Assembly: GCA_964255285.1 (NCBI GenBank)
Contig: CAXUUL010000001.1
Location: 124,001 to 162,955, forward strand
Direction of reading: 5' to 3'
Length of the DNA stretch: 38,955 bases
DNA from: Ionaspis alba
Lineage: Eukaryota
The notes under the pieces are model-generated. The model was given only the letters and a program-made list of their open reading frames with translations. It made no database searches and was not told the DNA's origin. Shown here in pieces: positions 23,059 through 34,215 of this stretch. Both the position numbers and the translations under genes were made by a program. Numbering within the stretch: position 1 is the first letter of the stretch; every line of letters begins with the position of its first letter.

Positions 23059-24436
23059 TCAAAACGGATAGCTCCTTGCCTCTTCTTCCACACTCAAATC
23101 CAGACCGCCAGCAACCTGCTCCTCGTGCTTTTTATCGAGGTACTCGAGTAACACTTCTTGATATTTCTCCTTGCCTTTGTACCGGCTCACGTCATCTCCC
23201 CAACTACGAATTGCACTTGCCAACCTCCCTGGCACATAAGGCTCAGCTGCCACTTCGGTGATCGGATGGAAATATGTCCTGATGGTGAAGACCACACCAC
23301 CAGACCTAGGCAAGCGTCGCAGACTCTGCCGCTCACTTCGAAACATGTGATGCTGGACGGCCTTGTTCTTTTCGGCCGTAAACCAGCCATGAGCCATACC
23401 TGTAGAATCCTCCGTGTCTTCTGGACCAATGCTGTCACTCCAGCCCAGATTATCGTCGACCTGGATGAAATAGTTGTTCCGTAGGACCGGGCCGTTAGGC
23501 TGCACGCGTCGAAAGAAGTTCATCATACCCTTTTCGAGCTTTTGCTTGAATCCAGGCACATTACCCGATGTATGGATCTCGGATAACGGCATACCAAACT
23601 TGTCATCGAGACGCCAAAATCCTGCGAGAAGAATGGAGCCAGCCAGCAGGTAATATTGGCCATCGTCCTTTCCAAACATAATCGCTAAATCGTCTTGAAC
23701 CATTCGACCTGCCATCTGCATAGGATCTTCAACCAGAGGTCGCTCAATAATGTTGAAGGATTCGCTTGTCAGGAGGTTGTCCATTCCCACCGACGTCTTA
23801 CGATAGAGGGAGGGATAGCGCAGAGGCAGGTAATCACAGCTTCGTTCGTGCCTACGTTAGTGACGTAATGGATGTGAACGGATGGGAGACTCACAACTCC
23901 TCGAGCAGTTCTACAGCGCCATCGAAGGCCTCCGGTGCAGTTCTGCAACAATTTTTACCGCGCTCTTCAATGCGGCGAGCCTTGTCAGCATGGAAGCGAG
24001 GATAGTGGTTGTCTAACTCGATCCATTCGTCCCACTTCATGGTTCTTAGTCCCATTGTGATGTGGTATTGCCCATACTTGAAAGGTCGATAGGGTAGAGG
24101 TTTGGTTGTTTGAACATCCCAGTCGGGGTATGGCTCCGGAGCAGGGCGTTGGAAATCAACCGGTATCCAACGACCAGGTGGCCGTTCGGCAGCTTTGGAC
24201 TTGCCCGGGATTGTTGTCGAAGGTTTCTCAAGGTCCGGAGAACCGACTCGGGTCTTTGCCGGTCTTTGGAACTTCTTCAACGCTCGAGGCACAAGCCATA
24301 TGAATAGCAAAGGCATCAGAGCCCCGTAGAGCAGGTAACTAGGATGTGCGGCCAACCACGATGCAAACTGCGTAACATATACATGTGCGCAGCGACCAGC
24401 GCGAGACAGAGTGTCCAAAGAGATTGTTGTGGCCAT
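23059..24436 (-). CDS. DUF3445 / heme-dependent oxidative N-demethylase alpha-subunit-like protein with N-terminal TM helix (about 440 aa)
   Basis: Motifs PYRPFKYG.YHITMGL, WIELDNHY, YLPLRYPSLY, VQDDLAIM, GFWRL.DKFGM.L.EIH..VP, RNNYFIQ, FRSERQSLRRLPRSG.VVFTIRTY. Intron 23840-23894 (alternative in-frame acceptor at 23852). Start ATG 24436 or 24490. Confidence 0.85.
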
Positions 24437-24873
24437 GCTGAGTAGGTGTCTCTGATCATCGACGATGGAGTGAAGGAGCAGATTGAGCATGTCAAAAGAG
24501 GAGAACAGTCAACGTATAGGTGATAGTAGCGACCAAAGCGTTTCCGCACTTATCAAGACCGTGGCAATTCCGCCCCGCCAAAGGTCCGCGAATGACATCC
24601 CACTCGAGGGTCGGCAAGCGCCAACAACAAACACGTGGGGAAAAGCGAGGGACCCTTTTGGGCTTCTGCTCTGCAGCTCTTATCGTTTCCCGGAGATCCT
24701 TGCCCGTTCATTGGTTGGGATTTCCAGGTGATATCGGGTTAGGCACCCACGTGACGGCCGGGTGCAGCCGCCCGGCGAGGTGATGCCAATTCCAAGGGAG
24801 GGGCAAAAAACTGCCGAAGTGTCGAGGTCGTGGTGAAGGGCGATGCGAGGCTACAAGGCCCTGGCGGGTAGGA

Positions 24874-26852
24874 CTACGATGCTTTGCGTCGCCGTAACAA
24901 GCAATACTGTCCCCACCGTCTCCGGTGCTGCTGTGGCATCCACGATAATTCCGGAAGCCACAGGATTCTGCCCAACGTACCTGAATGCGCTGCATCGAGG
25001 AACTGATTGCATTGGAGCTTCTCCCACGTCTTGCTGTCGGCCGTGTAGTCAGGCTCGAGCGAAGATCGAGCAGTGTGCGGGAACTGCGAGTCCACCATAA
25101 AAGAACAATGGGCCACATCGATCTGCCAGTCATCAGAAAAGGCCGTTGGACAACCGAGCCGGACCAGACTTACATATTTGCCAGGATCGGCAATGTTCCG
25201 GTCGTTCATACCCGGCGGGATGAGCCACGTACCGGAAAAGAAGCCAAAGCCTACATTGGACTCGTGAAATTCTCCGGGTAGTAAACCGTCAAAGGCGCTT
25301 TTGACGAATTTGGCACGGGTGCCATTTGGCAGATGATACGATGATGGGAAGCGATACCACTCCCTACCGAGACACACCGTATCTCCAGGTCTAGCGACTC
25401 CGGGCTGTTGCAGCGCAGAGTATATTTGCAATGGAGCTCGGTAAGCTGTGATCATGCCCAGGGTCCGCAAAAACCCGATGTCTATGGCGAGGATGACGGG
25501 AATGCCAACTAGTGCAAGCTTTACCTTCGGAGGGACTTGGCCCACCAGTCGGCCGGGATCAGATGTACCAATGAATGCAAGTATGGCATGCAGTGCAATC
25601 GCGGCATTCAGAGCAAGAAATGGGTAAGCCGGAAACATGAATCTCTCCTCCTTGTGTGGCTGTGCGGAGAATATGGCGAGCCACATGTAGAACGGAATGG
25701 CGGAGAAGGCATTGCGCATGAGGGTCAATCTGGTAACTGTCTGGCTCCTGGCAAAATATTGCAGGACGATAACAGGACCGGCAGACAGTGCCAGGACAAA
25801 CCAGATATTGAAATTGAGAAGGAGATTACGAAAATAGAAATCGAATGGCTCGGTCCCGAAAATATCTGGACCACGTCCAGAACCACTGAATATGTTATAG
25901 AAGACAAGTTGCCACGGTACAACAACGACCTTGTGGTAGAAGAAAGCATCAATGGCAATTTGGAGTGCCTGAAGATGTCAGCATGTTCCTTTCCCCAAGG
26001 TCAAGAGAATTTCTGTGTTACCAGGGCAATCGCACATCGAACAGTGCCGTCGAGGAATCTTCGACCGACCTCTACAAAGTCTCTCGTGATCGATGCAAAG
26101 ACAAACTCCTCAGCAATGAATGGGGCCACCAAAGCGGCTGCAAATGGCCAACCGATAATGCCAGCAATGCCAAACCACATGATACCTTCGTTGGTTTTTG
26201 ACCCACCGCGCCAATCCAAGAAGGCAGATATTCCCAACATTACCATGTACATGGAGAAGCTCGATGGAAGATATGCGGCTGAGGCATGAAACATGCCTGG
26301 GCTTGAGAGCATAATCATCATGAACATGATGGCGATTCTGGGGTTCATGGTCCTGGAAATGGTCGTGAAGAGGCGCTGTTGGCAAAAGGCACAGGTCAAG
26401 GCCAGGGCGGTCCGGATGAAATAGAACTCAAAGCTCTTTGCCGACGAGAGCAGCGATCCAAATTTGCCGACAACTGCATGGATAACAACGTAGAGCCAGC
26501 TTCGGAAAGCAAACTCGGGCGAGTATTCCCATGTCTGCAACCCATAGCCACGGTTCAGGTAGTGGGTGGGCTCCCAGTAGTTGAAGACCTCATCGCAGTC
26601 CTGGATCGGCGCATAGAGTGCAGCAAGAACGTTCACAGCAGCGAAGATGTAGAAGGCGGTTATGGGTTCGACGACGAATTGATCCTGGGGCCGTGGCTTA
26701 GGACTTTGAGCGAATTTAGCCACTTCGTCTCAACTCTTGAATCGTTCGGTCAAGAGTGTAGATTGAAATGAAACGTACGCGGGGAGAGTCTTTGACGGTG
26801 TTTGAGCGTCGGACCGAGGACGTGGGATAGGCTCTGGATACTTGGGTGCCAT
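24874..26852 (-). CDS. ALG9: Alpha-1,2-mannosyltransferase Alg9 (GT22, about 599 aa)
   Basis: PIQDCDEVFNYWEPTHYL..G.GLQTWEYSPEF, AYLPSSF, GWPF, GPDIFGTEP, QPHKEERFMFPAYP, VCLGREWYRFPSSYHLP, FDGLLPGEF. Introns 26704-26778 (least certain), 25969-26021 and 25123-25173; 1800 nt spliced. Confidence 0.96.
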
Positions 26853-27213
26853 TCCGATGCTAAAATAGAGGGTGGAGAGTTGCAAAGTCAAGAGGGAAAG
26901 CACGAAGGAGCAATGGCCGAGAAGTAGTGCAGTAGGCTTCTGGTTGATCCCAGAGTTTAGATCAATTCGGGGACGGGAAAGAAAGCATATCAATAGTGCC
27001 AGTTCTGGAGCTCGGACCACTAAACTCCTAGACCTTTTCCTTCTGCCCTGTAGGCTGAAGCCAATCCCCGGCATATTCTCCACCACGAAATTATCAATCG
27101 CGTCAAGCAGTCCCGTCAGCAGCTGCTTCTCACCGTGTACAGGATGAGAAGCGGGCTTCTTAGATTCGAGGAAGATCGCTTTCCTTGAGATTCAATCCCA
27201 GTAACGCGGCGAG
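26853..27213. promoter_or_regulatory. Divergent promoter region between ALG9 and NAF1
   Basis: 361 bp between head-to-head ATGs (26852 on -, 27214 on +). Confidence 0.55.
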
Positions 27214-29907
27214 ATGGACTGGGAGCATGACTTTGAAATACCTGCAGCAAAGAAACCTCGCTGTGAACCTTCGTCTTCGATAGACTTGATAGCTGCTCAA
27301 GATATGATGGAGGATGAAGATGACCTTTACGACACGCCACCGGGAACTTCGGATCTCCCAGGAAACGGTCAAGAGGAAGAAGCCTTTCGCGCTACCCAAC
27401 CTTCCGAGCAAATTGATATTCCGAAGCCTTCTTACACCTTGCCAGGCCTTGGACTCTTCGGCTTGGTCTCAGAGATCTCAGATCATACGAGAAAGCCGTC
27501 GATCGCTATGATGGAGGTCGCGCACATTAAGGGTCCGTGTGACGGTACTGGTGCTGCCTGGATAGAAGAGCCAGCATCGGATGAGGAGAAATCTGCGCCA
27601 ATTCTTGAAGGAAGATTAATTGAGACCCGCGTTTTAGTGAATAACGAGGCGAGCGGATCGCCAATGTGTATGAGTCTAGAGACGCAGCAGCAACAGGATG
27701 TCGGAATGCCTGCCAGTTCAGGCATTAATAATCTACTTCTTAAAGAAGATCATGAATCTACTCATACGACTAGCGGTATTGGCAGTGGGATTAAGGAAGC
27801 CGGATCGAGACCAGAGAGAGAATCCAAGCACTTTGCGGGAAGAACACCTTCAACTAGTGATCCACAAGCTGGAATTTCTTACCGGGAGAATGCGGTTTGC
27901 AAAGGACTAAAGATCGGCGAGACCGACAACTCAGATGGTCCCAATGCCAGTAAAACCGGAACCTTTAGTTCGGGTAGCGCAGAGATGGCACAGCAGGAGC
28001 TTATGGGGTCTTTCGATGCCTCGGATTGGGGACCTGTGGATCAGAATGGGCAGCAGCCGGTGCTGGGACGTAGACGTGGGACGCCAGAGGCCCATTTCAC
28101 CATTAATAGGCAAGAAGACTTGTCTCGGGAGGAGCAAAGGGATCCCGATCCGCCCAGTAATATTGCCAATGGCGACCTCCCAAGAGCGGATATCGTTCGA
28201 TGCACCTCTGTGAACAGAGCCTCTGTTGAAGAAATAACGCCTGGACTAGCAGGTGTAACTCCATCCGCCATCTGCTCTCCCGGGCCACATTCAACAAGAG
28301 GTGAAGCTAGTAATGATATCCGTCAATCTCCTGGTGCTGAGCAAGATACTGACATACGAACGACGACAGCTAACGCTTCAGAGTTTGAGCTTGACTCCTC
28401 CCCATACGAGTCGTCTTCCGAGGACTCTACAGACTCGTCATCGGATGAAACTGATAACGACTACAAGATGCTTGACCCGGCAGGACAAGCTCGTCTACTC
28501 ATGCAGGAAGATGGCGGTTCCGAGGATGAGGTAGGCAAGAAGGAGCCGAGAAACGGACCTTTGAGGACTCTAAACGAAAAGCCCGATGAAAATGTCGAAA
28601 AACCAGACATCATCGTTACAACAGACACTCTGATCGAAGAGCTTGGAAACGTAGAAGCACTAATCGATAACATCGTACTAGTGAAAGCAAAGACTTCGGG
28701 GGAGTACCAGGTTTTAGAGACAGGCTCGCTGCTATGCTTGGACGACCGAACTGTCATTGGTGTAGTAGCTGAGACTTTGGGAAGAGTACAACAGCCACTT
28801 TATTCAGTCCGATTTACGGACGCAACAGCAATCACGGAAAGTGGTATATCGAAACAGACTACAGTATACTATGTTCCACAGCATTCATCATATGCCTTCA
28901 CCCAGGCCCTGAAAGCTGTTAAGGGCTCAGACGCTTCCAATATTCACGACGAAGAGGTTGGCGATGATGAGCTGGAGTTTTCCGACGACGAAGCTGAGGC
29001 AGAGTACAAGCGCATTCAGAAGCTGCAACGACAGTCCAGGCGCGATGGACGGGGAACCGCTAGCCGAGGATGTCAGCGCGGTCCACGCCAGAGAGGCGTC
29101 GAACCCAGAAGTAGAGGCGATGACATGAGATCTGGACATGACAACGCCGTAGCCATCAATTATGATGATGGGGACAACGTCGAAGAGCTATATACCCCGC
29201 TTGCCAGACCGGCAAACCTACACGAAATGATGGGCCAAGGAGAACGTTCGTTACAATTCCAGCAAGAAGGCCACCCTAGAGCGAACAATCGAACACTCGG
29301 ACGAGAAAGGTACCGTGGGCCTCGCGGCAATGGTGGAAGAGGAGGCAGGGGAGGCCAAGGTAGAGGACGTGATCGTGGACGGCGGAACGGAGACCATGGC
29401 GAGCCTTACTCACAGAGTACGACAATATCCGGACCAAATCTATCACTGCCTCCAAATCCCACGAACGGCTTCACCCTTCTAAACTCTGTTGCGTCCGGCC
29501 CAATGGCATCGCCAGATCTTCGATCTATTCACACGTCACACGCCTCTCAGCAACCTACGTGCCAGCCGATTGTCGCCGAGCAGCTGCATGAACAGCCTCG
29601 GCGCTCGTACTCCCATGATCAACATCCCTATCCCTATCAGGCATCTACTTCTTATCACCCAGCCACACCGCAGATAGCCTACCAACCAGCGCCATACAGT
29701 CACCACCAATATCCCCAAACAGCTCAACACAAACCCCAATACCCAGTGTCTTCATACACCACCCCCCCTCTTCCTCCCGGTGCGTTCGTCAATCCTGCCT
29801 TCTTTGGTAACCAATATTCGAATTTTCCTAGTTATCAACGCTCGGATAGACAAGACCCTGGTCCAAGACTGCCTTCCCATATCGACCATACGAATGAACC
29901 GACATAG
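27214..29907 (+). CDS. NAF1: H/ACA snoRNP assembly factor Naf1 (Gar1/Naf1 domain)
   Basis: Single 897-aa ORF. N-terminal PAAKKPR NLS-like motif, acidic Ser tract, core ELGNV..VLETGSLLCLDDRTVIGVVAETLGRVQQPLYSVRF, KGSDASNIHDEEV..EFSDDEAEAEYKR, RGG region and P/Q/Y-rich tail with LPPGAFVNPAFF. Confidence 0.93.
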   Translation: MDWEHDFEIPAAKKPRCEPSSSIDLIAAQDMMEDEDDLYDTPPGTSDLPGNGQEEEAFRATQPSEQIDIPKPSYTLPGLGLFGLVSEISDHTRKPSIAMMEVAHIKGPCDGTGAAWIEEPASDEEKSAPILEGRLIETRVLVNNEASGSPMCMSLETQQQQDVGMPASSGINNLLLKEDHESTHTTSGIGSGIKEAGSRPERESKHFAGRTPSTSDPQAGISYRENAVCKGLKIGETDNSDGPNASKTGTFSSGSAEMAQQELMGSFDASDWGPVDQNGQQPVLGRRRGTPEAHFTINRQEDLSREEQRDPDPPSNIANGDLPRADIVRCTSVNRASVEEITPGLAGVTPSAICSPGPHSTRGEASNDIRQSPGAEQDTDIRTTTANASEFELDSSPYESSSEDSTDSSSDETDNDYKMLDPAGQARLLMQEDGGSEDEVGKKEPRNGPLRTLNEKPDENVEKPDIIVTTDTLIEELGNVEALIDNIVLVKAKTSGEYQVLETGSLLCLDDRTVIGVVAETLGRVQQPLYSVRFTDATAITESGISKQTTVYYVPQHSSYAFTQALKAVKGSDASNIHDEEVGDDELEFSDDEAEAEYKRIQKLQRQSRRDGRGTASRGCQRGPRQRGVEPRSRGDDMRSGHDNAVAINYDDGDNVEELYTPLARPANLHEMMGQGERSLQFQQEGHPRANNRTLGRERYRGPRGNGGRGGRGGQGRGRDRGRRNGDHGEPYSQSTTISGPNLSLPPNPTNGFTLLNSVASGPMASPDLRSIHTSHASQQPTCQPIVAEQLHEQPRRSYSHDQHPYPYQASTSYHPATPQIAYQPAPYSHHQYPQTAQHKPQYPVSSYTTPPLPPGAFVNPAFFGNQYSNFPSYQRSDRQDPGPRLPSHIDHTNEPT

Positions 29908-30483
29908 TTATAGTCTGGAGCGAACCACATATGATGTAGCTGACTCGTTCTGGCTCGAGCATTTGTAGCTGTTTCAACGCCTACCCAAGCTTGCCGAGGT
30001 TCATAGCATTTTGTCCTCGATAGAACGGGGAGGCAAGAGGCATTATGTCTGTCAATTGAGAAGTTTCTGTGCTAGGCGTAATTAGAGCTTGCGTCATGAT
30101 CTGCACTCTCTCAGTGGTAAATACGTTGATGCAATCATCTAAGTAATGCGTTTCCCGCAATACTGTTTCCTATGGGATCAACCATGTGCAGAGAGACAGT
30201 TGCCTTAAATTCGTGGGGGAGCTTATAGCACGATATATGCAGGAATCAACATTCAACTTTCCTTCAAAGTTGATCATTGGAAGCCGCAATTGTTGTAACC
30301 ACAGGAGGTGGATGTGCTCACGATTATGGCAACCTTCGTAAAGCCGTATTAAGGAGTACGAGCTGGTCTATGTAGGCAGTGGACTTTTACAGATATACAT
30401 CTCGTATCTCGAATACGCCTCTCTCAAGACACTGAAGTATGACACAATCTACTACAATTCGCCACCATTATCAAAAATCCACT

Positions 30484-33097
30484 TCAAGGTGAGCGCCTTG
30501 AGTTCTTCCGCAAACCCGTCGATATTCGCGTGACGAAGGGGAACTCATTCACGTCCACCCCAGTGGCTGCACTCTCTGACTTTTGCCTTAGAATTGCTCC
30601 CGCGGACGGTGGCGAGAAGCCAGCGAAACGGTTGAAAGCAGTGTCCTCGGCCTCTTTGTCGGCAGCTTCCTTGGCTACCCTTTGTGCCTTGAGTGCTGCG
30701 GCTGTTTCCTCTTCTGCGTCCTCTTTGCTTACGTGCTCAGGAATGTCTTCTTGGCTCGCACTTGTTGCCGTTATCCCGGCGGCATGCAGCTGCACACTCG
30801 TGATCGATTCTGGTTTCTCCTCCTTGACGTAGTCAGCTCGTTTCTCTAACCTTTTCTGTTTAGCCTCATCTCTCTTGGAGGCGGCCTCCTTATCACTGAT
30901 CATGACCGTGTAGCTTGGCTTTCCCTCATCACCGAGTGCCGAACCCGTGTGGCCGGGCCGGGCTATCGGGATTTTTCGAATGGCAGCGACGAGAGCACAC
31001 ATGAATTTCGAGCTTCGTGCCGCTCTCAGGGGTTCGTTCGACCAATTCGATTTGTGTACGTAGCTACACCTAAGTTCCAGCTTGTCCATTTCGTGAATAT
31101 CGGCAATGCGTAAATTAAGAGCAGGTTGGTAATCGCGAGCGTTGGCAGGATTGGAAAGGAATGATTGGAGTTCCTCCCGAAGGTATTGTATATCCTTGAA
31201 CGTCGTGCCAAAGTCGACAAAGATCGAAAGTGCCTCTCGATTGGCATCACTCCGTGTGACGTTCTCAATCCTGATTAAGTTTAGACGGTCGTTGGACAAC
31301 TGCAGATCTTTACCATTGTCGACACGCCGGAAAACAGTATAGAGGACGGATATCCGAGTCACAGTCGCAGAAGTGGAAGAGTTGGATTGCAAGTTATAGA
31401 CTTCAACACGATCGCCTATATCGTAGGCGTGCTCGAAGAAGATGAAGATGCAGCCGGAGAGAAATTTATGGATGGTCCGACCAAGGGCGAAGGATACACC
31501 CACAGCAGTAAGGCCAGCCGTTTCTTTCAAGGCGGCAATAGTTGGAACATAGGTTACAACTGTGTACGTTCCTCACGGATTAGCAGTTCTCTACGGGTGT
31601 GTATGCGACGGGAATAAACACCTACGTATGAACAAGACCATGGCGGTTGCAATGAAAAGCAGAGCGATCCAACTGCAAGGTGTTAGCCGGCTGAATCACA
31701 TGTCTGAAGCTGGCAAGACAAACTCGAAGGTATTGATGGCGTGATTGATATCATGCATACCCTGGAAGATAGCGTGGCGCACTCTTCCTGCTTCAACAAC
31801 ACTCATCACCATTTCATTCAACAGTATGTCTTTGTTTTCGTTCTCATCGAGGGTCCGGAAACACTCTTCGGCCAGCTCCCGTGAATGTGGCCCAAGGGCT
31901 TCCGCAATATCTTCGACGGTCATAGCATCCTTTCCCTCCGCCACGAGCGAGGCCCATATGCGTGTACCGAGCGCAGCTGCTGACTTCGGATGCTCAAGAG
32001 CTCGACCGACGATAGAATACGATGCTGACGGTTTGAACCAGTGAGAGTCGCCATCCGTATTGAGAAGTCTACCAAAAGCGTCTGACACCTTGCTACCGAT
32101 CCCAAGCTTCTGTAGGAACAGCCCGGCTCCCTTACTCGGGGAGTCGTCGCCACGAGTTGAATGACTTCGGATGATGGAATCCTCAACGAGGAATGCGTCA
32201 CTGTATAATGGATAAAGATACACAGACGCCTCGTATAGAGTGCCCAGTGCTCTCTGCAATCGCTTCGATCGTTCGATCCGCTTGTTGTCTGTGCGGTAGT
32301 GGTAGTGAATGCAGATATACAGTACGATCATCTTCTCGAGCAGATAGAGAACAGCCCACAAAGTCACAATGAAGAGAATATCGGCGATCACATCATCCCA
32401 GCCCAAGCTGTTGGGTTCCTTTCCGTAATTTACAGCCAAAAGAACGTTGTCGTTGATAAACTGCTTAGGTTAGTCCAATGTAGAAACGAGGACAAGACGA
32501 GCTACTTACAATGGTGAACGAGATGAAGCCAACTATGGCACATGCGAGCAGAGTGACAGGCAGTCTCATCGTTCTAAAGACTCTCCAGTACTTCTTGTGT
32601 GCCGAGTTCACATAGCTTGCAACGAATTTAAAGATATAGGGGAATATGTGGGTGAAGATGTTTACAAAACAAGTAGACAGCCAGGTGACGAGAAGCCACA
32701 GAAAGATGTAGAACACAAGGTTTCGGTATTGCCTGTCAGCTGCTGTTTCGTCTTGAAGTTCTTGATCACCGCTGAATAGGATCACTGGAATTGCGAGTGG
32801 CAGTCCGATCAGAATGATGGCAGTGAGATATCGAATCAAAAATCCGACCTTACGAGTCCAATATCCACGAGAACCTATAGACGCGTGGCTGTCCATATGT
32901 CCACGATATTCTGCGTATGTGTTCGGTGGGACAGCCTGAAAGTTCGAAGCAGAACCTGAAGACGATGCATCCTTCTCGAGTACGACACTCTTGAGCTTCT
33001 CTACTTTTTTATTGGCGAGGCGAGACGTGCTATCTGTCGTGTCGAGACGAGGGTTGGTAAGGGGTTGTAAGTGGCGGTCCGCGAAGGTGTTGGCCAT
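30484..33097 (-). CDS. MscS-like mechanosensitive channel with EF-hand-like loop (Msy1/Msy2-related family, about 815 aa)
   Basis: Introns 32461-32509, 31673-31723, 31560-31625 (2448 nt spliced). Multiple TM helices, YLLEKMIV..I.IHYH, SAAALGTRIWASLV.EGKD, EECFRTLDENENKDI..NEM, CIFIFFEHAYDIGDRV, ISVLYTVFRR, IENVTRS, HKSNWSNE..RAARSSKFMCALV. Confidence 0.9.
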
Positions 33098-34215
33098 GAG
33101 AAACGGGTGCTTGAATAGCCAGTGCAGACAGAGAGTAGAAAACTGCAAATCCTATGTTCGCGATCCGTGACGCTTGAGGCAGCAGCACAAGGAAAAATAT
33201 GGAGCACACAGCGACGCCAAAGAAGAGGGAAAGTACATGAGAGGGAACTCGAGATATTTAGGGAGCAACGCTCCAGCTCACAAAACAGCAAGGCGTGCAT
33301 AGTGGCACGGTCGTGCTGGTCCATCATTGGCCCAGATTGCACATTACTGGCACACTGCCTCTTTCACGAGGAGTAAGACGGCCAAACTCTGAGGGGATGG
33401 TTCCAACGTTGCAAATGATGGCGCGAAGCTACAAAGATGTTGGTTCAGGAGGCTAGCACCGAACCGACACACTTGCAATAGTCAACTTATTTAGCTGTGC
33501 TTCGGAAGCGAACAGATCGTGCGGCAACACTGCGCAGGATACGCTTAGGAGTATACACAATCAAACTTAGAGCAGATCGATGGGCGGCAGTGATCAATGA
33601 GATCTGCTGTACGCCCAGCACACGAGCAACTGCGGCTTTGGGATATTATTATTGAGTCAGGGGCGGAACACCTGAGGCGCAAAGCGGAAAGGAGGACAAG
33701 GTGAGAGAGTAAGCGCGGAGGAACTATTACACCTCTACTCCAATCATGTGTCCCAATCACAACGACAGCTTGGTCCAGATAGGATTCAGTGGTCTGTCTC
33801 TATAATCGTTTGGGGTAAATGGGTATCTACTCGTAGTCTTGAAGGCAGTCGATGTTCCTTGAGATTATCAACCCTGGTTCTACTTCATAGCCTTGACTCT
33901 AACCGTCGCCTGAGCTTATCACGGAGCTATTCCAGGCGTCAAGGAATGATCAAAAGCGGCAATGATAATACCACGAATAACGGCTCATGAGCTTTACGGC
34001 CTCGTCGGTGAAGCATCTGCTGCCATCTTATACAGTGGTAGTCAGAGCGCTAGATCAGTGTCTTCATATATGTGACTGTCCATGTCGTCACGTCCAGATG
34101 AACATTATTGCAGAGATAGACATCGTTGTGAAACGTGCCAAGTCAATAGCCGGCAGGCGTGGTCTTTGAGGTCACAACCTTCCCTTTGCTTGGTCGGATC
34201 AGATATTCCACGCGG

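Noticed and set aside
24632..24753. Two CACGTG E-boxes upstream of the DUF3445 gene (one reads GTCACGTG on the minus strand)
   Set aside because: Hexamers are too common to assign a bHLH regulator without conservation data.
25537..26289. 250-aa antisense ORF opposite ALG9
   Set aside because: Non-ATG start and no recognisable motif; most simply a shadow of the ALG9 coding sequence.
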